From positions 1,389,314-1,453,313 of the forward strand of contig JAOSKU010000001.1 of assembly GCA_027493445.1 (NCBI GenBank): 64,000 nt of DNA, in the 5' to 3' direction. Positions 11,191 to 28,449 of this stretch are shown piece by piece (position 1 is the stretch's first letter; each line of letters starts with the position of its first letter). Under the pieces are notes generated by a model, which saw only the letters and a list, made by a program, of their open reading frames with translations, did no database searches and had not been told where the DNA came from. The DNA comes from Thermoleophilia bacterium (GTDB lineage: Bacteria; Actinomycetota; Thermoleophilia; RBG-16-64-13). The translations under genes were made by a program, and so were the position numbers.

Positions 11191-11218
11191 ATTGACACTA
11201 TCACGAGATTGTGCTGGC
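11191..11218 (+). repeat. Site S1: putative Tyr-recombinase site (11-6-11)
   Basis: ATTGACACTAT cacgag ATTGTGCTGGC; 88 bp past the stop at 11307. Confidence 0.7.
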
Positions 11219-11306
11219 ACTCGCCGAATGCACTGCGCCGCTGAGCGACGCACAGATGTGCATTTCGCGGTCAGTCCGCGCATTTGAGGCTGGTGCGAGT
11301 CGTGCG

Positions 11307-12074
11307 CTAGCTCCACGCAGCCCACGTCCGAAGGGTTTCAGCCTCAGGCATGTGGGCGTGGCGCGTGATCGTTACCCAGTAGTACTCTCCGACGAGTTGC
11401 GCTGCCGTTGACTTCGGCCGGCCGATCCTCTCGGCTAGGCCATCCAGGTCGAATCCATGACTCGCACATTGGCCTGCAATCGTCGCGAGGTCATCCCGCA
11501 TCAGCTTGAGGAACTTGATGTAGGCCGCTCCTGACTCGCCCCCGCGAGTCTCTCTCGGATGAGCGCGTCCCAAGGCACAAAGACAGCCGGGCAAAGAGCA
11601 AACAAGGTCTTGGAAGCGGCAGTTGAACCAAACTTCCGCCGTACGCTCGGGGGTTTGATGCCCGAAAGCTCATCGAACGGATCGAGGAAGACTTCGAGCG
11701 CGGCATCGCGGAGGCCAATGAGGCGGTCCTGAGCACCCGGTAGCTCATCTCGATGTCTATGGAACCACTCAGTGAGATCTAGCGAAAGAGGTTCGTGGCA
11801 GTCGAGATCGATGCGACATGTCCACGCATTCAACCAATTGAGAAGGGCCCGGCAAATGGGCGTCATCGGCCAGTGAACCGCTCCGACGATCCACGCCTGG
11901 TGCTCGGTATTCCAAGCGAATCTGAACGTTCGAGAAGCGGTCGTGCAGGAGCCAGGCGAACGCATGCTGGAAGTCGGCCTCCGAGTGAAAGACTCTGCGA
12001 GTGAGACTGAGCTCTTCCATCAAGGCGTGCGCATCAAGACCTTGCTCCGGGAACGCCAGTGGCTGGTTCATCAC
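11307..12074 (-). pseudogene. Chimeric, frameshifted remnant of two hypothetical genes
   Basis: Start resembles the RxxFHSEADFQHAFAW..IRLEY family; the remainder resembles the ALLNWLNAW..GxTAASKTLFAL..PWD family; three frames. Confidence 0.55.
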
Positions 12075-12747
12075 GGACTACTCCATGGCTCGCATTGTCC
12101 GCTCGTTCTCCGCCGATTCTACCGCGTGATCATTGGTCAAGACGGACGTTGGCAGGCGCGAGGGCGGGGCACCCGGGCGGCGAGACGCTATGGCCCCGGC
12201 GGCTCTTCTGCTCGCCCCAACGGATCGAGGCTCTCGGCGTAGGCGAGCGCCCAGCGCAGGTGCTCGCGTATGGCCGCGTCGGAGATGCTCTCGAGATCCC
12301 CTCCTCCAAGTGTGTGGATGGCCGCCTGAACGTAGTCTCGAATGTCTCCTGCGCGGCGCCAACGGCTGACTTCCGCTTCCAGGCATTCTCCCCGACGAGC
12401 CTCTTGGCGGCGACGCTCCTCCTGCTCCGCCCGAAGCTTGGCCTCCTCGCGGCGGCGCAGTTCGGCCTCGCGCGCGCCTTGGGCACGCTCTTCCTCGGCC
12501 CTCCGCCTGAGCTTGAAGGCGAGAGCCACTCGGCTGAGGTTGCCGACGAAATCCGGGAGGCACTCCTCAAGACGCTGCTTCTTGCCGTCTTGCCACTTGG
12601 CGCGCACTCCGAGCCCCGAGGTGTTCGTGAGCTGAAGCGCTAGCTCACCGCTCGGCTGATATTCGTAGAGCCGCGGTTGCCACGCATGCTCCCCCTTCCG
12701 CGGGCTTGGGGGCGGGGGGACTTCAACTCGGCGGACCCCCTCACTTA

Positions 12748-14038
12748 GGGCCTGTCACAAAATAACAGTAGCGAAACCGGCCCGACCGTGCTACGCTTCA
12801 CCGCATGGGTGGAGAGGCCGGCATCAAAGAACGATTCGAGCTTTTGGCCCCCTTCCTAGATGAGCGTAGCCGACGCCTGGTGGCCGCGGCGGAAGCGTTG
12901 GCCGCCGGCCGGGGCGGGAACACGCTCGTGGCCCGGGTGACGGGGGTTTCGCGGCGGGCGATCACGGCGGGATCTCGGGAGCTTGCCCATCCGGACCTCG
13001 CGCCGCGCGGGCGCATCCGGCGAGAGGGCGGCGGACGCAAGCGCACCGTGGACACGGATCCGACCCTTCGCGACGACCTGGAGCGCCTGGTGGAACCGGA
13101 GACCCGAGGCGATCCGGAGTCGCCCTTGCGCTGGACCTTAAAGAGCGTTCGCCGCCTGGCCGATGAGCTCACGCGGATGGGGCACCAGACGAGCCATCGC
13201 ATGGTCGCCGAACTGCTGCACGACATGGGCTATAGCCTCCAGGGGAACCGCAAGACCCGGGAAGGCTCGTCCCATCCCGATCGAGACGCTCAGTTTCGAC
13301 ACCTAAACGAGAAGGTCAAGGAGTACCAAGCCCGCAACGACCCGGTCATCTCCGTGGACACCAAGAAGAAGGAGCTGGTGGGCGACTTCAAGAACGGGGG
13401 CCGAGAACTGCGTCCGAAGGGGGATCCAGAAGCGGTGCGCGTGCATGATTTCATGGTCCCCGAGTTGGGAAAGGCGAACCCCTATGGGATCTACGATCTG
13501 GCGGGCAACCTGGGCTGGGTCAGCGTGGGCACCGACCACGATACCGCGGCTTTCGCCGTGCAGAGCATTAGCCGCTGGTGGCACTCGATGGGTAAAGAGA
13601 GGTACCCCGACGCCCACCGACTCCTCATCACCGCCGACTGCGGGGGAAGCAACGGCTACCGTCTCCGGCTGTGGAAGGTCGAACTGCAGAAGTTGGCCAA
13701 CGAGACGGGGCTCACGATCGGGGTCTCTCACCTTCCCCCGGGCACCAGCAAGTGGAACCGGATCGAGCACCGCCTGTTTTCGTTCATCACCCAGAACTGG
13801 CGGGGCAAACCTCTGATCAGTCACGAAGTCATCGTCAACCTGATCGCGGCCACCGTGACCCGCTCCGGACTGCGGGTGCGCTGTGAACTCGACCAAAACA
13901 CCTACGAGAAGGGCATCAAGGTGCCCGACGAGGAACTGGCCGCCGTGAATCTCAAGCGGGATGCCTTCCACGGGGAGTGGAACTACGCCATCGCCCCATC
14001 CGAGCCACCCATTGGATCATTTATTTCATGACGGGCCC
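12748..14038 (+). mobile_element. ISAzo13-family insertion sequence
   Basis: Imperfect TIRs gggcctgtcacaaaataa / rc gggcccgtcatgaaataa; TTA duplicated at 12745-12747 and 14039-14041. Confidence 0.9.
12805..14031 (+). CDS. ISAzo13-family transposase (intact ORF)
   Basis: ISVDTKKKEL, LLITADCGGSN, HLPPGTSKWNRIEHRLFS motifs. Confidence 0.92.
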   Translation: MGGEAGIKERFELLAPFLDERSRRLVAAAEALAAGRGGNTLVARVTGVSRRAITAGSRELAHPDLAPRGRIRREGGGRKRTVDTDPTLRDDLERLVEPETRGDPESPLRWTLKSVRRLADELTRMGHQTSHRMVAELLHDMGYSLQGNRKTREGSSHPDRDAQFRHLNEKVKEYQARNDPVISVDTKKKELVGDFKNGGRELRPKGDPEAVRVHDFMVPELGKANPYGIYDLAGNLGWVSVGTDHDTAAFAVQSISRWWHSMGKERYPDAHRLLITADCGGSNGYRLRLWKVELQKLANETGLTIGVSHLPPGTSKWNRIEHRLFSFITQNWRGKPLISHEVIVNLIAATVTRSGLRVRCELDQNTYEKGIKVPDEELAAVNLKRDAFHGEWNYAIAPSEPPIGSFIS

Positions 14039-14735
14039 TTAGGTAGAATTCGATGGGTTCACCGTCCACGATCACCCTCGTCACCCGGGCCGGGGTTGCG
14101 GCCTTCTCTCGGAGTCGCGGTAGTCGCGCGGGTGGGGCGTCTCCGCCTCCTCCACCACGGCGACCTCGACCTTGAGCCCGACCCCTTCCAAGGTCTTAAT
14201 CACGGCATCGAAGATCCGCAGGGCGCGATCGACCGACCCCGAGGACACCCGGATATCAAGGCAGGCCTTACGGGCAAGCAAAAGAAGACCGCCGCTCGGA
14301 TGCGCCTTGGCGAGATACCGGGAGGCGAGCACGACAAGCTTATGGGGGTTCTCGAGGGATGCCGGGACGACTATGGGTTCGCTGGTCTCGAGGGGGGCCG
14401 CTTGGCCCGCTTCCTCGGCCCATTCAGGAGGAGTTGGTGGTGGTGGCATACGGTGGACGAGAGCTTGCTGGGGTTGCCCGGGCTTGAGCGGGGGTAACGG
14501 CGGCTTTGCCTCTGCTCTTCCCGCCCGCAGCCTCGCCCAATACCCGCGACCCGGCAGGGGCACGCCCATGCGCCGGCAGGTCTTCCCAAGAGCAACGTCT
14601 GACACGCCATAGCGCTTGGCCACCACCTGGATGGGCTCAGCCCACACCTCCTCGTAGAGGAGGTTGCGGTCGTAGATCTGGCGCTCCTCTGCCATGATTG
14701 TCCCAGTATAGGCCCGGATCGTGGAGGGTCGGCAC

Positions 14736-15515
14736 ATGCAAAGCTACGCGATCGAGGTCGCTCACAAATACGGCATGCGGGAGAAGGTCTCACCCGGAGA
14801 GCCGCTCATTCAGGTGCAGGTGCTCGAGAAGGCCGGCAAGCGTGGTCAGGTGAAGGTCCGGCGTCTCTCCGAACCCAACGCCGGCTTGGAGGATTGGGTG
14901 AAGACCCGGCAGCTCATCGTGCCTTGGGCAGAGCGCCAGGCATTCCTCAAGGACGAGGAGCGAGAGGGGAAGTTTGACGAGGCCCGCCCGAAGCCAAACC
15001 AGGCTCTTTCTGGCGCAATCGAGACGGTCATGTACGCAACCGGATACGATGACGCAGGCGCCGACGACGACGGGACCGTCCACATGGACGCGGCCGAGCT
15101 ACGGGAGATCGCCCGTCTGTCCGGCCTTCCTCAGAAGCTCGAAGACCTCCATCCCCTGGCGTACGTCGATCGCCACGGGGACCTGCACCTGCCCCTCGAG
15201 GTCGCCGAGCAGCTGGCCCATGCCTACGCGAGCGCTGAGTCAGAGTCCGTTCTCATGTACATCGAGGACCAGGAGAAGGAGTACAAGTACCGCGGCAATG
15301 AGCCGGGCGAGCGATTCTGGCATGATGAGCTGCGGAGGCGCATGCCGGGCTTTGCATTGGCGCGCTACTGGGCCGGGCATGAAGAGGAGATCGCGTACCT
15401 GCGAGCGGAGATTGAGCGGCTGCGCGGCCTGGTCGTCAGCGCTGCCGATACGCTCTCGAGCAAAGGGCTCTGGGCTGAAGCCGGGCACATCCGGCTGGCT
15501 CTTCAAGGGCGATAG
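14736..15515 (+). CDS. Hypothetical protein
   Basis: 259-aa ORF with GGAG RBS; no family recognised. Confidence 0.6.
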   Translation: MQSYAIEVAHKYGMREKVSPGEPLIQVQVLEKAGKRGQVKVRRLSEPNAGLEDWVKTRQLIVPWAERQAFLKDEEREGKFDEARPKPNQALSGAIETVMYATGYDDAGADDDGTVHMDAAELREIARLSGLPQKLEDLHPLAYVDRHGDLHLPLEVAEQLAHAYASAESESVLMYIEDQEKEYKYRGNEPGERFWHDELRRRMPGFALARYWAGHEEEIAYLRAEIERLRGLVVSAADTLSSKGLWAEAGHIRLALQGR

Positions 15516-15643
15516 GGGTACACATTCCTGGGCCCCGACCATGGCCTCTCCCCCATGTCCCGCAGCAGCGCACAAGGACCGATCACCTGCGCAGCCTGCT
15601 CCGTTTATGGGTCGCGATATCGGCCAATACTGCATCCTTGGAT

Positions 15644-15671
15644 ATTGACACTATGAACGGATGGTGCTTCG
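15644..15671 (+). repeat. Site S2: putative Tyr-recombinase site
   Basis: ATTGACACTAT gaacgg ATGGTGCTTCG; shares GGATATTGACACTAT with S1; 52 bp past the stop at 15724. Confidence 0.72.
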
Positions 15672-15723
15672 GGCACCTACCCTGCAGCGGCACAAACACC
15701 CGGCACTCGCCACTCGGCCGCCG

Positions 15724-18250
15724 CTACGTCGCGCTCGGCTCCTCTGGACGCACGCCGAGGATCCAGCCCTCTACCCGCACGACGGCCTCCTGGTCTTCTC
15801 CGGGGAGCGCCGAGAGGTCGAACAGGCTCGCAAGCTGACCCTCATCATCAAGCCGAGCGAAGTGCTCGGCCAAGGCCCGGACCTGGCCGGCGTCCTTGAC
15901 CTCTGCAAAGGGCGAGGGCGGTATGAATGAGGGATAGATCTCCGCATGGACGATGAGCGGACCGCGGGGGGCGGAGAGGTCCTCCCCAGCGATGGCGGTC
16001 TCAAAGGGCCAGACACGCGAGAGGGGACCAAGGACCGCATCGTCGCGAAGCGCGAGCAGGCGAGGGATGCCAAGCAGGGCCTGGCTGCCCACCGAGCCCG
16101 CGCCGTAGAGCTGCCAGGGAGACTTGGGGCCCACCACCTGGCCATCGCAGAGGCGGTACTCGGGGATCCCTCCGGGCCAGGGGCGCGGCTTGGTTCTCTT
16201 AACAGGCTGCTGAAAAAGTCCCCCGCCTAGCCCTCCGATTGCCTCAACTTCCTATCTTTTTGCGCCCCTTTTTGGTAGTGTTTACCCTGCAAACTGGCAT
16301 AAAGCGAGGGGGTTGGGATGCGGGGAGAAGAGGCAAGGCAGCCGTCGTTTGTATTCTTGGGTCCCTTGGAGGAGCGCATCCCCAAAGATCACCCCTTGCG
16401 GGCCATCCGCAAGATGACCGATAAGGCGCTTTGCGGTCTCTCCCCCCTCTTTGACAAGATCTACTGTGAAGCCGGCCGCCCCTCCATCCCGCCCGAGTAC
16501 CTTCTGCGAGCCCTGCTTATTCAGGTGCTCTACGCCATCCCTTCGGAGCGCAAGCTCTGCGAACACCTCGAGTATCACCTGCTCTTTCGCTGGTTTGTGG
16601 GCCTCGATCTAAACGAGCCCGTCTGGCATCCCACCACCTTCACCCAAAACCGGGAGCGCCTGCTTGAGGGCGAGGTGGCCGAGGCCTTCTTCCTGGAGGT
16701 GAGGAAGCAGGCCCAGGCGGGGAAACTCCTTTCCCGGGAGCACTTCAGCCTGGACGGCACCTTGGTGGAAGCGGCGGCCTCCCTCAAGAGCTTCCGGCCC
16801 AAACAGGAATTGGCCGAGGGCCAGGAGGGCGGCCGGGGGCCAGGCAAAGATGACCCGGGTGCGGGGAGGACCCGAGCCCCGCCGAGCCAGTCTCGGAAAG
16901 CGCAGGCCGCGACCGCAACCCGAGTGTGGATTTCCACGGCGAGCGGCGCCGGAATGACACCCACGCTTCCACCACCGATCCGGAAGCTCTTCTTGCCAAA
17001 CACTCTCCCGGAGAAGCGGCCCGGCTCGCTTATGCCGGCCATCTCCTCACCGAGAACCGCCACGGTCTCATCGTCCAGGCCGATCTCTCCCGGGCCACCG
17101 GTACCGCCGAGCGGGAGATGGGTCTTGAGCTGGTGAAGGAGGAGCGCAAAAAGACCAAGGGCCGGTTCACTGTCGCAGCCGACAAGAACTACGACACCAA
17201 GGACTTCGTGGGCGAACTACGGACTAACGTTGTTACCCCGCATGTGGCTCGCAAAGAGAAGTACTCGGCCATCGATGGCCGCACGACACGGTGGGAGGGA
17301 TACGCCCTCAGCCAGAAGAAGCGCAAGCTGGTGGAGGAGGCCTTCGGCTGGATGAAGACAGTCGGACTGCTTCACAAGCTCCGGCACCGCGGGCGGGCCA
17401 AGGCCCGATGGATCTTCCAGTTCACGGCCGCCGCCTACAACCTGGTGAGAATGAGATCGCTGCTTCCGGAGTGCATCGCCAGATAGGGAAAAAGGGGCGG
17501 GGAATCGGCCTCTCCAGGGGGCATAATCCCGGTCTTCGCCCGGGCAATCCGAGAACCGACCGTTCGTGGGTCAAGCAGCCGAGCAACGGAGCACATCGGA
17601 GGGGCTCCAACCGGGGTATTTCAGCGGCCTGTTAAGGGAGGCACCCGCCTTGCTCTGGGGGCAGCCCCAGAAAGGAGCCGGTCCCCCGGTGAGGGCGCCG
17701 TTGAGCTCGGCGGCCACCTCGAAGCGGTTGTTCTTGTTGTCGGGGTGGTCCTCGACCAGGCCCGCGACTTCCTCCCAAAGAACGCGCCAGGGACGGTCGG
17801 CCGCCACTCCCAGGCGCTCGGCCGTACCCCGGGGAAGCCGTAGGGGAAATCAAAGCCCACCAGCACGCGCTGGCCTTGGGAGAGAAGACGGGTCAGGGAG
17901 GCCCGAACCTCGTGCAGACCTTGTTCCCGGGTGGGCGGGTTCTCTAGCAGCACCCGGCCGGACTCAGGCTCATGCAGGCACCACCAGACACTGTCTTTTC
18001 CCGTCTTGGGCCGACTGTTGGCACTCCAGTCCACCATCAGGTAGGCGTCGAACAGGGTGAGGGCGTCAGGTCTTCTGTGGGGAAGACCGCCGGCGGTCTG
18101 GCGCACGAGGTAGTCACGCAGGATGGTTTTTCGCCCCGCTCTGGCGAACCTCACCGTGACGACGTCGCCCCGCACCTCCTCGACCAGGCCCTGGCCGAAG
18201 ACCTCATGGGAGACCTCATCCCTCGGGCTGATGGGGGTCTCGCCGCTCAC
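15724..18250 (-). pseudogene. PcrA-type Tudor-like domain fused to a DUF429-like predicted nuclease; split by IS5
   Basis: N-terminus VSHEVFGQGLVEEVRGDVVTVRF; FDAYLMVDWSA, VGFDFPYG, PFWGCP, GSVGSQALLGIP, HAEIYPS motifs. Removing the IS rejoins GASLKRTKPRP. Confidence 0.65.
16203..17631 (+). mobile_element. IS5-family insertion sequence; transposase 16318-17486 with one frameshift
   Basis: TIRs CAGGCTGCTGAAAAA / rc CAGGCCGCTGAAATA; TTAA duplicated at 16199-16202 and 17632-17635; GRPSIPPE, HFSLDGTL, ADKNYD motifs. Confidence 0.9.
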
Positions 18251-18520
18251 CTACATGCGGTGGTCTCGTGGTCGCTGCGCCGATGGCGCCCCTTGCTGGT
18301 TCATGAACCTACCCTAGCAGACGGAGGCAACGAGAGGGAAAGGGGTCTGAACTCAAGGGGAGAAAAGGTCGGCTCTGGCTCGGCCGGCATCGTTGGCCGC
18401 CATACGCGTAGGATGCCCGAGGGTGATGGCCCCGCCAACCGGCAAGACCGCGGAGCAGCAATGGCCGATCAAGCGCCCGGCCCCGTAACCACGGGAGACC
18501 CCGCCGCTTCACTCTTGGGA

Positions 18521-18548
18521 ATTGACACTAACTGTTGATGGTGTTCTG
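18521..18548 (+). repeat. Site S3: putative Tyr-recombinase site
   Basis: ATTGACACTAA ctgttg ATGGTGTTCTG; 85 bp past the stop at 18634. Confidence 0.72.
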
Positions 18549-18633
18549 CCGGGTCGTCGGTTTAGCACGTGGGTGGCAGGAGCGCCGGGGGCCGACCACG
18601 CGACCACGCTACGCGCCGAATCGAGCGACTCAC

Positions 18634-21600
18634 CTACCGCCTTGGAAACAAGGGCTTCCAGCCACCCTTGTCCGACCACAGGATGGGGAGCGAGTTATTC
18701 GGACATCCGCGCTCGAACACAACCGCTAAGTCTAGGTTTCCATAGCCGAGAGGATGTTTGGGCTCCAGCTTTGCCCCCAAAATGCGTGGCATTCTTGCGC
18801 GCCAGTTTCCTTTGGTCATCCTCCTCAAACACCGTCCCCTCCTCCGAAAAGAGCTTATCCGCCTCCGATAGCAGCTGAACGTTTCTTACCTCAACGGGCC
18901 ACCCTCGGCGGTCGACCTCCTGCTCCACTCGTGACCATCCAGCAGCATCCGCCACCAGGGCCACGAAAAGAACCCGGAGTCTTCGTTCCTCTGCCAGCCA
19001 CGCTAAGAATGACTGGGACTCCTCGAAATAGCTCAGCACCTGTTCACCTGTGCCAACGAAGTCATCCAAGAATAGGACAACCTTGACACCATCGCCCTCA
19101 CGGACGAAGGCCTGCAACTTGCCGGCCTCCACAACGTTGCTACTGTACAGGTCGGCCTCATCTGCAAAGACCCGCGCCAAGTCCGAACCGCTCTTGCCAA
19201 AATCGCCCAGGTAGCTGACACAAACGTCGGCCCACTTCCTCCGCTTGCTAACTACCTGCCGCTTCAGATTGCGGCGAACCATCGCATCCACCTGGCCCAT
19301 CAGGCTGCGAAGTTCGCTTTCGCGGTAGAAGCGAACACCTCTTAGAATGTTGAACATGGCCCTCTGAGCCTCGTGACGGTCACCGAACTGCCGGAGCCAC
19401 TCCATTACGGCTCCCTCCGTGATCTCCTGGCCACGGTATCTCCCACCCCAGCCCTGGACTAACCGGCGAATCTCGTCTGGCTTGACTCTAATAGACTCCG
19501 CCCGGAGACGCTCCTCTGCTGCCTCATCCCGGTATTCCGCAGGTCCGATAATCGCGTGAACTCCCTGACTTGCCAGCCAGCGGCCGAATAGCGGCACCTT
19601 GAAGTCAAACGAGTCCTCCTGGGGTTCGACCAACACACCCCGGGATACAAACTCGCGCAGTTCGCCCTCTACGGAAGGGACACCAGCCGCAATGCCTTCC
19701 TTCTGAACAGCTTCGATCGTGCATGGAAACGCGCGCGTACAACAGTCAGAGACAGCGACCAGTACCTTGCGCCGGTTAAGGGACCTCTCGTTTCGGAGCA
19801 CGCCCGTGTCGAGAATCCCGTCCTCCCAGAAGTGTTGAAACGAGTTGACCTCGACCTCCTCGGCAGTATCTCGAATCGCTGCCGAGACTTCTGTGTCCGT
19901 GATATGTGAGTCCCGAGACACCAAGACTCGGTTGATGATTCTCTGGCATATCAGATTACTGAAATAAGGATTGCCAGCCGTTTCTTGATGCAAAAGCACC
20001 AAGGCATCATCGCTGTACTCTAGTCCGGTAGCCGGTCGCTGTACAAGTGTTTCGAACTCACTCCTGTTTCCGAAGTAGTCCACCTGCATCACATCCCACT
20101 TATTCAGCCTATACCCTTGCTGGTGAACAATCTGATTCATCTTTTCGCCGCCGACTATCATGAATCCAACATTTTTTCGGTTGCTGATACTCCTCAGCGA
20201 TTCAAAGAAGGCGTCTCCGACAACATCACGAGAATAGAGCACCGTTGGTAAAGAATCGAACTCATCAAGCACAATGACAAGCCTAGCGTTATCAGTCAAT
20301 TCAGCCAAGTCATCCACAAAGTCGGATAATGGGTTCAACGCGTGTTGATCAAAGTTAGGAACCGCAATTGACTTGGCGCGCTTGTCTTCACGGGCAATCG
20401 ATCTACACAACTTGGTTCCCAAGGTCGAGACTGTTTCTTCTCCAGTCGCATGAACAAAATCCCCTGCCTCAAGATATGCCACGATGGATCCTTGGTTCCT
20501 GAGATGCCTCGCGACAGTCTGTGCCAAGGAAGTTTTTCCAACTCGCTTCTGACCTTTGATGATTGCCGAGCCAACCTGAGTCCCGGTAAAGACCCCAATA
20601 AGCTTGTTGAGCAACTCTTTGCGACCTACAAGTCTATCTTCGGAGTCTACGGGCTCTAGCGAATACGGATTCGCTCGCTGCAGAGCTTCCCAGTCCACGT
20701 CAGGTGACTGAGCTTCCAGTTCGACGATCTCCTCTTTCTTGTGCTCTGAACCATCAAAGTCGCGCCAGGATACAACAGCTTCAATGATTGGGGCGCCACC
20801 AGTCACTTGCAGTCGCGCCGGCAGGGCAAGACCAGCAGGCTGCCTCGGAGCCATTAGCCCGATCGAGATGGCCTTCTGAAGCAGAATGACGGAGGCATCG
20901 GCCTCAACCTCGACAGCCACGTCATACGCGTATCCGGGCCCTTCGTTGATGACAATGAAGATTAGGTCAACTGGGGCTTGCTCAATATGAAAAGGGTACT
21001 TCTTGCCCTTCTTCTCCAGCCTGACGTCTGCAGGTTGAGCAGCCTTGTTTTGGGCGAAGTCATCCTTCGTCTGACGCAGTACCTCATCGCACAACGAATC
21101 ACGCAGGATTGACGAATACCTGGTAATGTAGTCTTGAAGCGACCCCCTGAGCGCCTCGCCCGCGTCAACTACCCCTCGATAAGCTTCTAGCGCCGCGGCC
21201 GAATCCCGGCTCTCGATGTACATGTCGACTCTCTCGAACAGCTCGCCGGTTCGGGCCTCCCACTCTCTGGGAAGAAACGGCTGGACAAGGGTCGAGGCCA
21301 CGTCCAATCGAATCGTCTTCATGAATGCCTGCCGCTGCTTCCTGAAGCCACCGAGAGAAGTCGGCGCCGTCAGACTCATTGAGTAAGCTTCATCATAATG
21401 ATCCACGGCCGTCGCGGCTTTCGCCAGCTTCTCATGAGCCTGGTCTTGCCCGCAAAGCCCAAGATCCTGTGCCACCTTGTGCGGGAGTCGACGCTCAAGG
21501 TAGTTCAGTACGTCCTGACGCCACTCGGACGTGTTCAGCCAATTCGCGGCTGGATGCGCCAAGAGTCTCAGAATCGCCGCGGTTAGCACTGACTGATGAT

Positions 21601-21808
21601 TCGGAACACCCGTGCCTTTCAGAGTCTGCTTGAGCTCGCCTGATGCCTCTGCGCGGACAACCGACAGCCCCATCCCCTTGCACAGAACATGGGAGACATC
21701 TTCGGGATCACCTGTTCGGCTGCTATCGAGAAGACATTCATCAACCAGGCAAGCGAACTTCATGGCTGACGACCCACCGACGTTCGGCGGGAACATTTCC
21801 GGCAACAT
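18634..21808 (-). CDS. Multidomain P-loop ATPase (STAND-like) with C-terminal phosphoribosyltransferase (PRTase-CE-like) domain; +1 frameshift in a homopolymer near 18775
   Basis: NPYSLEPV..LVGRKE, Walker A GQKRVGKTS, Walker B IVLDEFD, PRPP loop VLFLDDFVGTGEQ, tail GYG..VVF..CPNNSLPILW; GGAGG RBS before 21808. Confidence 0.8.
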
Positions 21809-22015
21809 TTCCCCTGTCCTCCATGTCAGTAGACACGACCCATACTGGCTGTCTCGGTTCGCCGGTGGTTGACGGAACGCACACCCAGGGAGCGAGAGCT
21901 TCTCTTGGCTCTACCGAAATCCTGGAATCACAAGGCGTGGGTCGGCAGTGAAGCACCTCCTGCCAAGCAATGGATTGCTGTGATTCTGTCAGTTCGGCTG
22001 TTCTCAATTCAACCA

Positions 22016-22043
22016 AGAGATACTACCGCAGAAGGGTGCTCTC
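22016..22043 (+). repeat. Site S4: putative Tyr-recombinase site (degenerate)
   Basis: AGAGATACTAC cgcaga AGGGTGCTCTC; 28 bp past the hsdR stop, at an apparent GC step. Confidence 0.55.
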
Positions 22044-22071
22044 ACAGCCCGCTGCACCGGGCTCGTCCCAC

Positions 22072-25218
<3,147 letters not shown>

Positions 25219-25308
25219 CGTCAAGAAGTCACGTCCTGGTCCTGCCTCGGACACGCGTATAGTATTGCACGCCGCTCTCACGATCGAGCTCGACGAGTGC
25301 CTTGGCCA

Positions 25309-28294
<2,986 letters not shown>

Positions 28295-28400
28295 CGTACA
28301 TCGTCAGCCGGACGGCCGAAACCTGAAACCAGCGAACGCGCGGGAACGGAAAGACGCGAGAAAACGTAGCCGGGGTGCCGGAGGCAGCTAGCCGCCCGAC

Positions 28401-28428
28401 CCCACCACTACCAGGTCATGGTGCTCTG
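28401..28428 (+). repeat. Site S5: putative Tyr-recombinase site
   Basis: CCCACCACTAC caggtc ATGGTGCTCTG; 21 bp past the stop at 28450. Confidence 0.62.
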
Positions 28429-28449
28429 CGCTCGCCAAAACTGCATCAT

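Larger units (their letters stand above)
12188..14695 (-). pseudogene. Conserved hypothetical gene (LYEEVWxxP..YGVSDVAL..PxRGYW N-terminus) split by ISAzo13
   Basis: Removing the IS and one TTA copy restores VDGEPIEFYLSEGVRRVE across the junction; further frameshifts on both sides. Confidence 0.7.

Noticed and set aside
11222-11270. Imperfect hairpin (GAATGCAC..GTGCATTTC) beside S1 as an attC-like element
   Set aside because: No equivalent hairpin found next to the other sites; more likely a terminator-like structure.
15724-18250. Cobalamin biosynthesis (CbiG) call sometimes given to this family
   Set aside because: No cobalamin genes nearby; motifs and context fit a DUF429-like nuclease better.
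11192-18527. TTGACA in S1-S3 read as sigma70 -35 boxes
   Set aside because: No -10-like hexamer 16-18 bp downstream in any copy; S4-S7 lack TTGACA yet keep the dyad core.
21741-22016. Upstream ORF as a frameshifted N-terminus of the ATPase-PRTase
   Set aside because: A good GGAGG RBS precedes ATG 21808, and this ORF's TTG start abuts site S4.
25242-25269. ATAGTATTGCA half-site between hsdS and hsdR
   Set aside because: Partner arm absent; may be an internal -10 element.
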